Assembly: GCA_963664815.2 (NCBI GenBank)
Contig: CAXXHB010000003.1
Coordinates: forward strand, 1,248,001-1,312,000
Origin: Spirochaetota bacterium
GTDB taxonomy: Bacteria > Spirochaetota > UBA4802 > UBA5550
Length of the DNA: 64,000 nt
Direction: 5' to 3'
This document shows positions 38,045 through 49,192 of this stretch, piece by piece. The notes beneath the pieces are model-generated. The model was not told where the DNA came from. It searched no databases and saw only the letters and a list, made by a program, of their open reading frames with translations. Numbering within the stretch: the first letter of the stretch is position 1; the number at the start of each line of letters is the position of its first letter. The position numbers and the translations under genes were made by a program.

Positions 38045-39763
38045 ATGAATTGGTTTAAGAATCTCCGTGTTGCCTATAAAATACTAATGAGTTGTGCTTT
38101 GTTCATTATCATGATTGTCACTATTGTATTATTTTCAGTAAATGCAATGAATAGTGTACAGATTGCCGTCAAAGATTACAGAGAGAATAATGTTATTCCT
38201 ATAATAAAAATGGGTGATTTTGCAAAGAATCTTGTTCAGGCAAGAGGTGATGTTACTGAATTGCAACTGGCATATGCTACAGGGAATCAGGAAGCTTTTT
38301 TAAAGAAATTTGCTGATGGAACGAAAGTGATAAGAGAAAATAATGTTCAGATAATGGATTTTATTAAAAAAAGATCAATGACAGTTAAAGAGAGAGAGAT
38401 TACGGACAATTATGAGAAAAAATACATTGAGTTCGGGAAAAATCTTAGTGATTTACTTGAAGCGATAAAAAGTAAAGATAAAATCAGAACAGAAGCTGCG
38501 CTGACAGCATGGATGAATCAATATAATGAAATAATAAATTTACTGACTGAACTCAAAAAGGAGACTACCCAGGTTGGAGCTGATAAAATAACTGATGAGT
38601 TTGACAGAATGAAAAAGGTGATGATGTATATGTTTGTAATTCTTGGAATTTCTGTTATTGCAGGAGTTATACTGACAAGAATTCTAAGCGGTTCAATATC
38701 AAAGCCTGTGAAACTGGGGCTTGATTTTGCTGAGAAATTAGCCAATGGTGATTTTACTGAAAGGATAGATCTTGATCAGAAGGATGAACTGGGCATGCTG
38801 TCGGATGCGCTTAATAAAGCGGCTGATAATCTTGAACATACTGTAACGGAGATAATAAGTGCGTCAAATAATCTTGCACAGGCGGTTGAACAGATAGCAT
38901 CCGGAAACCAGAACCTGTCACAGAGAACCAGTGAACAGGCCAGCGCTCTTGAAGAGGTTGCTGCGACGATAGAGGAGGCAAACTCTTCAATAAACCAGAA
39001 CTACCAGAACTCTATTCAGGCAAACAAGATGTCTGAAACATCATCTGCAATAGCGATAAACGGCGGCGAACTCGTAGGAGATGCTGTACAGTCGATAAAT
39101 GAAGTAAATTCAAGCGCAAAGAGAATAGGTGAAATTACAACAGTTATCAATGAGATTGCCTTCCAGACTAACCTTCTCGCTCTCAACGCGGCAGTTGAAG
39201 CGGCAAGGGCAGGTGAGCAGGGCCGTGGTTTTGCTGTTGTTGCAGGTGAGGTAAGGAATCTTGCGCAAAGAGCAGGTAACGCAGCAAAAGAGATTGCACA
39301 GTTAATACATGACACTGTGACAAAAGTTGAAAACGGCACGGAAAAAACATATAAAAGCGGAGAGTCGCTTAAGGAGATAATAGAGTCTGTCAAAAACGTT
39401 GCAAATGTAGTGAGCGAGATTGCCGCTTCCTCCAATGAGCAGAAACAGGGGATGGATCAGATTGCCATAGCAATTTCAGATCTGGATTCAATGACACAGC
39501 ATAATGCAGCTCTTGTGGAGGAAACTGCCGGAGCCAGCGAGGAGATGGCAAACCAGGCACAGGAACTTATGAGTCTTATGACGCAGTTTAAAATCCGTGA
39601 TGAGGGGAATGTAAGAAAACAGTCTGTTCTGAGAAAACCTGAGAATAAATCAGCGTCTCAAAAAACTGAAAACCATGGAGGTAACGGAAAAAATAAATCC
39701 GCTGCGTCTGTGGCAGTATCTGCCTCTAAAAAACTTGAAAATGATGGTTATGAAATGTTCTGA
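38045..39763 (+). CDS. Methyl-accepting chemotaxis protein (4HB sensor, HAMP)
   Basis: TM-sensor-TM-HAMP; [30 protein letters not shown]; likely start MNWFKNL. Confidence 0.95.
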   Translation: MNWFKNLRVAYKILMSCALFIIMIVTIVLFSVNAMNSVQIAVKDYRENNVIPIIKMGDFAKNLVQARGDVTELQLAYATGNQEAFLKKFADGTKVIRENNVQIMDFIKKRSMTVKEREITDNYEKKYIEFGKNLSDLLEAIKSKDKIRTEAALTAWMNQYNEIINLLTELKKETTQVGADKITDEFDRMKKVMMYMFVILGISVIAGVILTRILSGSISKPVKLGLDFAEKLANGDFTERIDLDQKDELGMLSDALNKAADNLEHTVTEIISASNNLAQAVEQIASGNQNLSQRTSEQASALEEVAATIEEANSSINQNYQNSIQANKMSETSSAIAINGGELVGDAVQSINEVNSSAKRIGEITTVINEIAFQTNLLALNAAVEAARAGEQGRGFAVVAGEVRNLAQRAGNAAKEIAQLIHDTVTKVENGTEKTYKSGESLKEIIESVKNVANVVSEIAASSNEQKQGMDQIAIAISDLDSMTQHNAALVEETAGASEEMANQAQELMSLMTQFKIRDEGNVRKQSVLRKPENKSASQKTENHGGNGKNKSAASVAVSASKKLENDGYEMF

Positions 39764-39981
39764 AATATTATACCGGGATATTATTACAACATCTCCCGGA
39801 TTTAGATAGTAACAGATTCGCTGTAAAACTGATTCTATATTGGTTAAAGGGGGGAAGCCCCTTAACCTTCTCCGCTGTGCTGCAAACAGTTTTATCGATA
39901 TGTGGCGTAATTGAGAGTAAGAGACGCAGTTTAACAACAAGGTTAATGTGCTTATATGTGTTAAATATGGTGAGGCTGAAT

Positions 39982-40479
39982 ATGCGAAATACGATTGAAC
40001 AGGAAGATATGCTGAAGGACATTAGTCTTAAGAATAACATGTTTGTGACCTTCATTATAGATAATGAAACATATGGAATAGATGTAAACCGCGTACAGGA
40101 GATAATTGGCATCATTCCTATCGCGCATATTCCTAATTCTGCGGATTATCTTAAAGGAGTAATTAATCTCAGGGGTAAGGTTGTTCCTGTAATTGATGTC
40201 AGAATGAAGTTCAGAATGAAGGAAAGAAAATATGATGCAGCAACAGTCATACTTATTGTTGAATTAAACGATAATGCAATTGGTCTGATTGTCGATTCAG
40301 TGTCAGATGTTCTTGATATTCCTCACGAATCATTGCATGATTACTCGGGGGCTGACTCGAAAATTAAATCCAGCTCTATAGATTCAATAGCGAGTCTGAA
40401 TGATGATCTCATCCTTATTCTTAATCTTGAGAAAATGATTGAAGAGGAAGATTTCGTATCTTTAGAAATCGAGCAGTAG
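39982..40479 (+). CDS. cheW: Chemotaxis coupling protein CheW
   Basis: YGIDVNRVQEII, GVINLRGKVVPVID, GLIVDSVSDV; start re-assigned to the ATG with a GAGG RBS. Confidence 0.93.
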   Translation: MRNTIEQEDMLKDISLKNNMFVTFIIDNETYGIDVNRVQEIIGIIPIAHIPNSADYLKGVINLRGKVVPVIDVRMKFRMKERKYDAATVILIVELNDNAIGLIVDSVSDVLDIPHESLHDYSGADSKIKSSSIDSIASLNDDLILILNLEKMIEEEDFVSLEIEQ

Positions 40480-40633
40480 TAAAAATCTTATCTGTATTAA
40501 TTTTAAAAATATAAATCAGCAAAAAATGCTTATAATTTTCCGCGCCGGTGGTATTAAAAAGTTTTGTATCTCTTTTCACGCTGTAGTATATGTTCAGTAA
40601 TCATTGATAAAAAATATTTAATGAATCTATTAT

Positions 40634-41011
40634 ATGAAACGTAAAACTAAAACAATACTTCTGGTAGAGGATCAGATCATTTCTGCCGCGCCGGCAATAA
40701 AGGTTTTAAAGAATGCCGGTTATGATGTTGTTTATGTTATGAACGGTGAAAACGCTGTTGCTATCGTAGAAGCAGGTTTACCGCTTGATCTGATAGTCAT
40801 GGATGTGGAACTTGGGTTTGGCATATGCGGCATGACTGCATCGGAAAAGATTAATCTGATAAGAGAAATTCCGATTATATTTTTTACAAGTTTTCCGGAA
40901 GAGTATATAAAAGAGAGAATTGGCAATTCTTCATATTTCAATTACCTGTCAAAGAAAAATAATTATGCAAGCCTTGTAGAGTCAGTTGATAGAAAATTTC
41001 ATTTTGTCTGA
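40634..41011 (+). CDS. Single-domain response regulator
   Basis: ILLVED, IVMDVELG, IPIIFFTS; KP motif degenerate (SKK). Confidence 0.85.
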   Translation: MKRKTKTILLVEDQIISAAPAIKVLKNAGYDVVYVMNGENAVAIVEAGLPLDLIVMDVELGFGICGMTASEKINLIREIPIIFFTSFPEEYIKERIGNSSYFNYLSKKNNYASLVESVDRKFHFV

Positions 41012-41537
41012 TAATCCCGAATTTTCTGAGGAACTGAGCCGGATATAATATTTAAACATAACAAAATAACCATTTAACGCTATCATCTTAGCCAGGTACT
41101 GTGTAAACAGCGAATTAATAAAATCATATAAAGGTGCTATTGCCAAGCTGTAGATGAAACATATTTTATCAATCATGCCGGACTTAGATTCTGAAAAATA
41201 TGGTTATTGTGATTTCCCGTTATTTCAAACCTCTTTAAAATAATACTTCTGCATGTCTTTAAATATCATAAGAAAGGCGCTGGTTATAGTTTATATTTTA
41301 AAAATAAAATCCTGATCATATATTTTAATGTGAAAATTAAAATCATATTGGGTTTTTCATATAAAAAACCTCTAATAAAACAGACATACTGCCGTTAAAA
41401 TAGATGTCAGCCTGAAAGGAATTGTTTATTAATGAGAAGTTGATATATAATTGTTTTATTCTCATATTTTACAATCCTTATTGAAATAATTTAGCTTCAG
41501 AAGTATATTTTGATAAATCATGCAGGGAGAAGTATTT

Positions 41538-42317
41538 ATGGGACGAGAAAAAATGCCGGCTCTATTTATTGGTCATGGTTCGCCAATAAACGCGATGCAT
41601 AATAATGATTTTACTTCAGATCTGAAAAAACTTGCAGAAAAAATACCTGAACCGGAAGCAGTGCTTGTAGTCTCGGCGCACTGGCTGACACAAGGTACAA
41701 GAATAACGTCGGGGAGGAACCCTGAACAGATATATGACTTCTACGGATTTCCGGAAGAACTTTATAAAATCAAATACCAGCCGTCAGGCTCGCCCGAAAT
41801 TGCTGCCATGGTATCAAAATCTGTATCTGGAGTAAACATTATACCTGATGAAGAGAGGGGTATAGATCATGCGGCATGGGCGGTCTTAAAACATATCTAT
41901 CCTGAAGAAAATATTCCTGTACTGGAGATCAGCCTTGATATGAATTCATCTCCGGAGGACCATTACAGAATAGGAAAGGAGTTGTCCGTATTAAGAGATA
42001 AAGGTCTCCTGATAATAGGCAGCGGAAATATTGTACACAATCTCCATGTTATGGATTATTATGAGGGTGTTGCTCCACGTGAGTGGGCTTTGGAGTTTGA
42101 TGAGTGCGTGAAAAAAAATTTAACTGAGAATAATTACTCCGAACTCATCGGGTATGAGAAGTGGGGAAAGATTGCAAAATATGCGGTACCTACCGATGAA
42201 CATTATATACCAATGCTTTATGCTGTATCACAGATCATGGATGATGAGAGAGTTGAATTTATTCATGAATCAATATGCTATGGAACTATTTCGATGAGAA
42301 GTTTTATAGTAAAATAG
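41538..42317 (+). CDS. ygiD: 4,5-DOPA extradiol dioxygenase (LigB family)
   Basis: FIGHGSP, VSAHW, IYDFYGFP, DHAAW, GSGNIVHNL, PTDEHYIP. Confidence 0.93.
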   Translation: MGREKMPALFIGHGSPINAMHNNDFTSDLKKLAEKIPEPEAVLVVSAHWLTQGTRITSGRNPEQIYDFYGFPEELYKIKYQPSGSPEIAAMVSKSVSGVNIIPDEERGIDHAAWAVLKHIYPEENIPVLEISLDMNSSPEDHYRIGKELSVLRDKGLLIIGSGNIVHNLHVMDYYEGVAPREWALEFDECVKKNLTENNYSELIGYEKWGKIAKYAVPTDEHYIPMLYAVSQIMDDERVEFIHESICYGTISMRSFIVK

Positions 42318-42797
42318 TTTTAATTTAACAGCAAAAATTTAACCTTTTTACCCGGTTCTGCCGATGGTTTTTCTTATTCAGCTTCTCTTCGTAAAGATGA
42401 TTTGCCGGATATTAAAACAGGTTAAGGAAGTATGCTTCAATAATCGGCTTTTTCGAAGATAATATTGAATCAGTTGATGATAAGATTTCGCTGTAGAACA
42501 TTCCTCTTAACAGATAAGAGAGATACTAAGAAAAGAAAACTTAAAGAAATCCTGCCGGAGGATTTAAAGATAACTTTTAATATAAAAAAAGAATCTTTGA
42601 AATACTTGACGTAAAAAATAGTTCAACCTTAGTGTCTGTATTTCTGAACAATAATTATTTCTTAATTTATTATAATACTCTATTCACTCTGCCACTAATA
42701 GCGGCAGAGTAATGTAATCGTTTAATTTATACAAAATATATGTTAAGGGATTATTACTTATTTCAGAAACAAATTAAAAAAAGGATATCTTCCTGTT

Positions 42798-43766
42798 ATG
42801 AATAGATTTAAAAGAAAAAAAAGGCTAAACCTGATTCTTATTATTATGCTTTTTCTATCATTGCTGCATTGTCAGACAACCGGGAATAAAGCCGTTTCAC
42901 AGGAAAAAACAACAACTGAACCGGGGATATCAAAAACTTTTATGAGGGCATTATATATCCCGAACCATCGTGGCCGTAACATTGAATATATCAAAACCCT
43001 GATAAATAAGGGGAAACCGTTCGGAATTAACATGCTTGTAATTGATGTACATTCATTTGGCAGTACAAAATTTAAAATCAACAGGAATGTGATGGAATTT
43101 CTTAAAAGTGAAAATATATATACGACAGCCCGTATTGTATGCTTTCAGGATGGAATTAATAAACTTCCGGTTTCTGAATTAAAACTGAAGGAACTGAATG
43201 CACTGGCATCATCAGCGGCGGATTCAGGATTCGATGAAATACAGCTGGATTATATAAGGTTTCAGGATGGAGGGATTTCATATCCTCTGAAAAAGAAATA
43301 TGCAATCATAGAGGAGATACTTAAAAGTTTCCGCAAAATCACAGATGAAAAAAAGGTAAAACTCTCCGCTGATATATTTGGGCGTATTGTTTATAACCAG
43401 AACGATTTTATAGGACAGAAACTGGAAGTTTTTGCATTATATACGGATGTAATATATCCCATGCTTTACCCAAGCCATTATACCGGTGACCGCCATAGAA
43501 TGAGCGCTCCTGGTGAAACCGTTAAAGAGGGAATCTTAAAGGGGCTGAAACGCCTGGAGGGTAAAAGTGTTGCAATACAACCATATATACAGGCATTTCC
43601 ATATAACATACAGTATGCCAGGGTAAAACTGGATCAGTATGTAGCTATGCAGATAAAAGGAGTTGAGGACACAGGCGCAAGAGGATGGGTCGCATGGAAC
43701 CCAAATGGTGATTATTCGTCAGTTTTCAATGCTTTAAATAATGGTATGGTTGTTATACAGAGGTAG
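42798..43766 (+). CDS. Putative glycoside hydrolase (DUF4015-like) lipoprotein
   Basis: Lipobox-like LLHC; ARIVCFQD, GFDEIQLDYIRF, SADIFG, PMLYPSHY, PYIQAF. Confidence 0.8.
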   Translation: MNRFKRKKRLNLILIIMLFLSLLHCQTTGNKAVSQEKTTTEPGISKTFMRALYIPNHRGRNIEYIKTLINKGKPFGINMLVIDVHSFGSTKFKINRNVMEFLKSENIYTTARIVCFQDGINKLPVSELKLKELNALASSAADSGFDEIQLDYIRFQDGGISYPLKKKYAIIEEILKSFRKITDEKKVKLSADIFGRIVYNQNDFIGQKLEVFALYTDVIYPMLYPSHYTGDRHRMSAPGETVKEGILKGLKRLEGKSVAIQPYIQAFPYNIQYARVKLDQYVAMQIKGVEDTGARGWVAWNPNGDYSSVFNALNNGMVVIQR

Positions 43767-43776
43767 AATTTTATTA

Positions 43777-44703
43777 ATGAAAACAATTGATAACAATGCG
43801 GAAACCATATATAACGAGCTGCTGAAACATGTAACTGAAAAAAAGCTTAAAGAAATCAGTGTCGATGTAATCAACAGCTATAAGATAAAAGATCTGAATT
43901 CACTTCTGAGGTATGCTGATATTCTTGAATTCGATGCGGCGGGGATGAATATAAGCCGTCTTTTTGCCCGTATTATACAGAATTATCATCCGGACAAAAC
44001 TGCGATAATACTCTCTGCTATTGAAGAGAGTTTAAAACAAAATCAGGTAAGCGAACTGCTCCGTTATAAAAGAATATATATATTCAACAGGCGCAAAACA
44101 TCAGGGGTAGTCAAGAAATTCGAAATAGATACGAATGAAACATATTCTTACAGTGATGATAATTTCGGATATAGTGAAAAAGACGAAGCATTTGATGATA
44201 AGACTGATGAATTTGAATATGAAGAAAACATAGATGATATAGTTGTTGATGAAATAAATCCGTTTGAGTATGGATTTATTGAAGCGATAAACAGGATGAT
44301 TTTCGGAGGAATAGATGATTCTGTTACTGTTGAAGATCTTCATAATCTTGAGGGTGAACTTGATCTTTCAGACTCCGAGATTGTTGACCTCAGGGGGATT
44401 GAGCATTGCAGAAATATTACAATGCTTAATCTATCAGGTAATCACATTTATAAAATTGATCGTCTTTCCGGTCTTGAAATGCTGGAGTATCTCTATATAT
44501 CCGATAACAGCATAGAATCCATTGATTCTCTTGCTAATCTCCAGAATATCAAAGAACTGGATATCTCCTTCAACAGCATTGAGGATATATCAGTTCTGCT
44601 GGGACTCAATGAACTGGTTTATGTAAACATCATGGATAATCCTGTAAAAAATAAAGGTATTTTAAAAAAACTTGAAGAACGCGGCGTGATTGTAATTTCA
44701 TGA
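43777..44703 (+). CDS. Leucine-rich repeat protein with N-terminal HPD-containing helical domain
   Basis: C-terminal internalin-like LRRs (LDLSDSEI, LNLSGNHI, LYISDNSI, LDISFNSI); QNYHPDK in the N-domain. Confidence 0.85.
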   Translation: MKTIDNNAETIYNELLKHVTEKKLKEISVDVINSYKIKDLNSLLRYADILEFDAAGMNISRLFARIIQNYHPDKTAIILSAIEESLKQNQVSELLRYKRIYIFNRRKTSGVVKKFEIDTNETYSYSDDNFGYSEKDEAFDDKTDEFEYEENIDDIVVDEINPFEYGFIEAINRMIFGGIDDSVTVEDLHNLEGELDLSDSEIVDLRGIEHCRNITMLNLSGNHIYKIDRLSGLEMLEYLYISDNSIESIDSLANLQNIKELDISFNSIEDISVLLGLNELVYVNIMDNPVKNKGILKKLEERGVIVIS

Positions 44704-44740
44704 ATTATTATTTACTGATAAGCGAAGAATTGACTAAAAT

Positions 44741-46009
44741 ATGTTAATACCGGAAAAAATTAAAAATTATTTTAAAAGGGATTATATTCAGGATTTTGAA
44801 ACGCTTAAATTCCTGAGATACATCGGCCCGGGGCTTCTTGTCACAGTGGGCTTTATCGATCCGGGGAACTGGGCTTCAAATATTGCTGCCGGATCAGAAT
44901 ACGGCTATACTCTTCTCTGGATGGTGACTCTTTCCACAATTATGCTTGTTATTCTTCAGCATAATGTGGCGCATCTTGGCATTGCTTCCGGGCTATGTCT
45001 TGCAGAGGCAACTTCGTTTCATACACCGGCATGGATTGCCAACATTACACTTATCACGTCAATGTTTGCAGTGATCGCAACTTCACTGGCTGAAATCCTT
45101 GGCGCTGCAATTGGTCTCAATATGCTTTTTAAAATACCATTATTACCCGGAACAATTTTTTCAGCTGTTCTTGTTCTGGTATTCTTATTCACAAACTCAT
45201 ATAAACGGCTTGAAAAATTTATTATAGGATTCGTATCTATTATAGGATTATCCTTTCTGTATGAGTTGACATTATTGAAAATTGACTGGAATTCAGCTGT
45301 CGTCGGATGGATTGTACCTTCAATTCCTCATGGATCAATGCCTGTTATAATGAGTGTGCTTGGTGCCGTGGTGATGCCTCATAATCTTTTTCTTCACTCT
45401 GAAATAATTCAGAGCAGGCAGTGGAATCTTGAAAATGACAGAATTATAAAGAAACAGCTCGATTTCGAATTTTTAGATACTCTTTTTTCAATGGGTATAG
45501 GCTGGGCAATTAACAGTGCTATAATAATTCTTGCTGCTGCGGCATTCTATACAAACAAAATAACTGTTTCGGAACTTCAACAGGCGGAATCTATGTTGAC
45601 TCCTATAGCGGATAATATGGCATCTGTTATTTTCGCAACAGCTCTTCTGTTCGCAGGAATATCTTCAAGTGTTACTGCAGGCATGGCTGGAGGCTCAATT
45701 TTTGCAGGTATGTTCAAGGAACCGTACAATATCAGGGACAAACATTCCCGTATCGGGTTAGTTCTGACAATAGTTGCTGCAGTACTGATTATTTTTTTTA
45801 TTCATGATCCTTACAGGGGACTGATAATGTCGCAGATGTTTTTAAGTATACAACTGCCTGTAACAGTTTTTATGCAGATATATCTTACAAGTTCAAAAAA
45901 AGTTATGGGGAAATATTCAAACGGAAAATTTACTCTGACACTTCTTATGATAATCGGGTGTATAGTCACTGTGCTGAATGTTATGCTGCTGATAAGTTAT
46001 TTTAATTAA
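44741..46009 (+). CDS. Nramp family divalent metal transporter
   Basis: GFIDPGNWASN, GAVVMPHNLFLHS motifs. Confidence 0.95.
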   Translation: MLIPEKIKNYFKRDYIQDFETLKFLRYIGPGLLVTVGFIDPGNWASNIAAGSEYGYTLLWMVTLSTIMLVILQHNVAHLGIASGLCLAEATSFHTPAWIANITLITSMFAVIATSLAEILGAAIGLNMLFKIPLLPGTIFSAVLVLVFLFTNSYKRLEKFIIGFVSIIGLSFLYELTLLKIDWNSAVVGWIVPSIPHGSMPVIMSVLGAVVMPHNLFLHSEIIQSRQWNLENDRIIKKQLDFEFLDTLFSMGIGWAINSAIIILAAAAFYTNKITVSELQQAESMLTPIADNMASVIFATALLFAGISSSVTAGMAGGSIFAGMFKEPYNIRDKHSRIGLVLTIVAAVLIIFFIHDPYRGLIMSQMFLSIQLPVTVFMQIYLTSSKKVMGKYSNGKFTLTLLMIIGCIVTVLNVMLLISYFN

Positions 46010-46431
46010 TTATAGTTTAATATATTCAGATTAATGGCAGAACCTGGAATTATAACTACAATTAAAATATTGGAATTTGATACTGTGCATCTTTGTCAGG
46101 TTCAGCGGAATTTTATAAAGCAGATTCTTTCCGGTGATCTTGATGTTAAAATCTCAGTAAAATTACGTAAAATTTTACGAAGCTATAGACTTTTTCCGCT
46201 TTTATTGTTTAATTATATGTAAACCTTTTTTCCTTCTTATTCGTTATGTAAATTCAATAAATAAATCAGGATTTTTTAATATTAGGTTTGTTTTGATCTG
46301 GTTAATGTTAATACACTTTATGCTGGGGTTAATATTCATGTTTTGGTGTTTCGGTCTTATATATAAGTGCAGAACTATTGTGGCAGTTTTAATTATACTT
46401 TTTGTCTGGTAGTCTATCTTCGGAGGATGTG

Positions 46432-48888
46432 ATGCGGGAAATAAAATTAACAGAAATAAAGAAACGGCTGATGTGGAATTTCAGCCTTATATTGCTGCTT
46501 GATCCCCTGATCAATACAATCCTTTTAATGACGCGCGGCAATAATGCGGAGCAGATTAAAAGGATTATTTTTATACTGCTATTTGGAGTTGTTATATGTC
46601 TTGCCACAATATTCATTTATCACCTGGTAACTAATAAGCTTCAGAGAATGATAAATGAAAATATTCGCGACGAGGCGGCAATCCGTTTCGGGAAAAATCT
46701 TCCGCGTAATGTGTCGATCCTTTTCTGCACACCGTTACTTTCCTCATCAATAATGTTATCTACAGTTTCTTATATTATTGGGTTGATTGTCAGTCCTTAT
46801 CAGGTGATCTTTTATTATTTGAAAGATATTCTTCTTATGGGGGGGCTTACCTTTTTTCATTATTACAGATTCAAAATTATATTATATCCTGTATCGATTG
46901 CGGTTAACTTGCGTTCTCTCTCCATCTTTGAAAAGCTTCTTGCTCCTATTTTGAGCTTTATTATTGTGATTCTCCTGTTTGTGGGATTTGGGATTTATTC
47001 AATCAATGTGAACAGGACTATGGAATTCAACAGGTTTAATACTATTACGAGTACTGAAAAAGCCCGCCTTGCTCTGGATCGGGAGTTTGGAAATGTTATA
47101 ACGGAACTGAAATCTTATATGAACCTGGTGAATATTTCCGGAATATCGGCAGGAGAAGCTGCTGCTGTTTCTAAAAAAGTTTTCAGTAAAAGGATTAATA
47201 ACAATATGGAAACTCTTTTTATCTCAAAGGTTAATGGTGAAAGCTATACTAATAACAATAATATAATAAATCTTACCGACAGGGATTATTTCAGGGAGAT
47301 AGTCCGTACCAACACTGTGGCATGGTCGGATATGGTTCAAAGTCGTGATACAGGTAATAAAATTATAGTATGTGCTGTGCCTTACCTTGTAAATGGGAAA
47401 ACAGCAGGGGCAATCGGTGCTACTATTAATGTAGATTCAATAAAAAAAATTGTAGACGATGTCAGTGAAAGTGACGAAACAAAATATTTTCTTATGAACA
47501 GCGCAGGAAAAATTATATACCATCCGGAAAGCCGTTTTATTGACAAGATTATTGGAAAAGATCTTCTGGATAAAAACGGGAAGGATTTGATGGCTTTTGT
47601 TAAAGGGAATGATTCAGATTTCAACAGTTTTATAATAAATGATAAACCTCTCATGCTGAGGAAAATAAAGCTTCAGACAACCGGTCATTATCTGGTTTCA
47701 ACAACATATGAAAAATTTCTCATGAAACGTATCAATGCTGTAATTTTGAATGTTATGATTGGCATCATGTTTATAAATATTTTCATTTTTGTTATTATAT
47801 ATAAAATAGGGCTGAATTTTTCAACACCTATACGCAATACAATTGAAGTTTTCCGAAGACTCTCGGAAGGTGATCTCAAAGCAAAGAGCGACGATTATCT
47901 GCCTGATGAGTTCGGTGATATGATTATTAATCTGAAGAAATTTCAGAAAAGAATAACCGAGGTAGTGAACTCCGCTTTGAATTCATCAAACCAGCTTGCA
48001 GCATCCGCTGAAGAATTGTCAGCAACAAGTACATCGCTTGCTGACAGCGCGCAGGCACAGGCTGCCGCGGTGGAAGAGGCAACAGCGTCACTTGAGGAAA
48101 TCTCTGCTTCAAATGAATCTATAGCTGATAATTCAAAGATCCAGTCTGATCATGCCAAGGATACCTACAGGCTTATTGAAGAACTGGGAGAACTGATAAA
48201 AGCTGTCAACAGCGATGCCATAACAACCCTTAAAGTTGCGAATGATACCACAAATGAGGCCCTAAAAGGGAATGACCTTATGCAGAATACCATCGCCGGA
48301 ATGAACAGTCTCAACGATAATTCACGTAAAATTGCCGAGATGGTTTCCCTGATAGGGGATATATCTGACCAGGTGAATCTCCTTGCTCTGAATGCGGCGA
48401 TAGAAGCTGCAAGGGCAGGTGAACATGGCAGGGGCTTTGCCGTCGTTGCAGATGAAATTGGTAAACTGGCGGAACAGACTGCCGATTCGGCTAAAAATAT
48501 AACAAATCTCGTATCGAATGGTGTAAAGTCAGCAAGGCAGGGAATCCAGGATATTAATGATACATCCAAAGCTCTGGAAAATATTATCAATTTCATAAAT
48601 AAAACAAAAGAGCTGGTACAGAAAATAGCCCAGTCCACGGAAACACAGGCTAAGGCGGGTGAAGAAGTCACAAGCGCTACAAAACTTGTAATGGAGATGT
48701 CAGATAATATATCAAATTCGACACACGAACAGACTATAACGCATCAGGAAATTTCAAAGACAATGGACCAGATAAATGATCAGACTCAACAGCAGGCTTC
48801 CGGGGCAGAGGAGATTGCGTCATCGGCTGAAGAGATAAGTGCTCAGGCGGAAAATATGAAAAATCAGCTGGAGTTTTTTAAAATCTGA
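46432..48888 (+). CDS. Methyl-accepting chemotaxis protein with extra N-terminal TM domain and dCache sensor
   Basis: Several TM helices; LTDRDYF...IIYHP Cache motifs; HAMP; [27 protein letters not shown]. Confidence 0.93.
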   Translation: MREIKLTEIKKRLMWNFSLILLLDPLINTILLMTRGNNAEQIKRIIFILLFGVVICLATIFIYHLVTNKLQRMINENIRDEAAIRFGKNLPRNVSILFCTPLLSSSIMLSTVSYIIGLIVSPYQVIFYYLKDILLMGGLTFFHYYRFKIILYPVSIAVNLRSLSIFEKLLAPILSFIIVILLFVGFGIYSINVNRTMEFNRFNTITSTEKARLALDREFGNVITELKSYMNLVNISGISAGEAAAVSKKVFSKRINNNMETLFISKVNGESYTNNNNIINLTDRDYFREIVRTNTVAWSDMVQSRDTGNKIIVCAVPYLVNGKTAGAIGATINVDSIKKIVDDVSESDETKYFLMNSAGKIIYHPESRFIDKIIGKDLLDKNGKDLMAFVKGNDSDFNSFIINDKPLMLRKIKLQTTGHYLVSTTYEKFLMKRINAVILNVMIGIMFINIFIFVIIYKIGLNFSTPIRNTIEVFRRLSEGDLKAKSDDYLPDEFGDMIINLKKFQKRITEVVNSALNSSNQLAASAEELSATSTSLADSAQAQAAAVEEATASLEEISASNESIADNSKIQSDHAKDTYRLIEELGELIKAVNSDAITTLKVANDTTNEALKGNDLMQNTIAGMNSLNDNSRKIAEMVSLIGDISDQVNLLALNAAIEAARAGEHGRGFAVVADEIGKLAEQTADSAKNITNLVSNGVKSARQGIQDINDTSKALENIINFINKTKELVQKIAQSTETQAKAGEEVTSATKLVMEMSDNISNSTHEQTITHQEISKTMDQINDQTQQQASGAEEIASSAEEISAQAENMKNQLEFFKI

Positions 48889-49192
48889 TAACTTCTGGAA
48901 ATACAACTGAAAAGTAATGTTCTTAGTATTTTTAAAATTTATCACGAAAAATAATTCATAACAATAATTCAATATTTGTATGGTAACGATTAATTTCCTT
49001 TAAATAAAACTTTAAAAAAGTGTAATAATATTTTTTTATATTTTTTTTAATGACAGTTCATAGCCATATTATTTATTGATATATATTCCCCGTTTATTAA
49101 GGAGCAATCTAAATATTCAGTATATAAGCTTCGTAATTGATTTATCCCATATTCATTGAAATGAAATACATAATTATACAGATAAAGATTAA

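Noticed and set aside
46034-46222. 62-aa ORF between Nramp and the MCP (also 35054-35251 and 40982-41176)
   Set aside because: No RBS or recognisable features; likely chance ORFs in AT-rich intergenic DNA.
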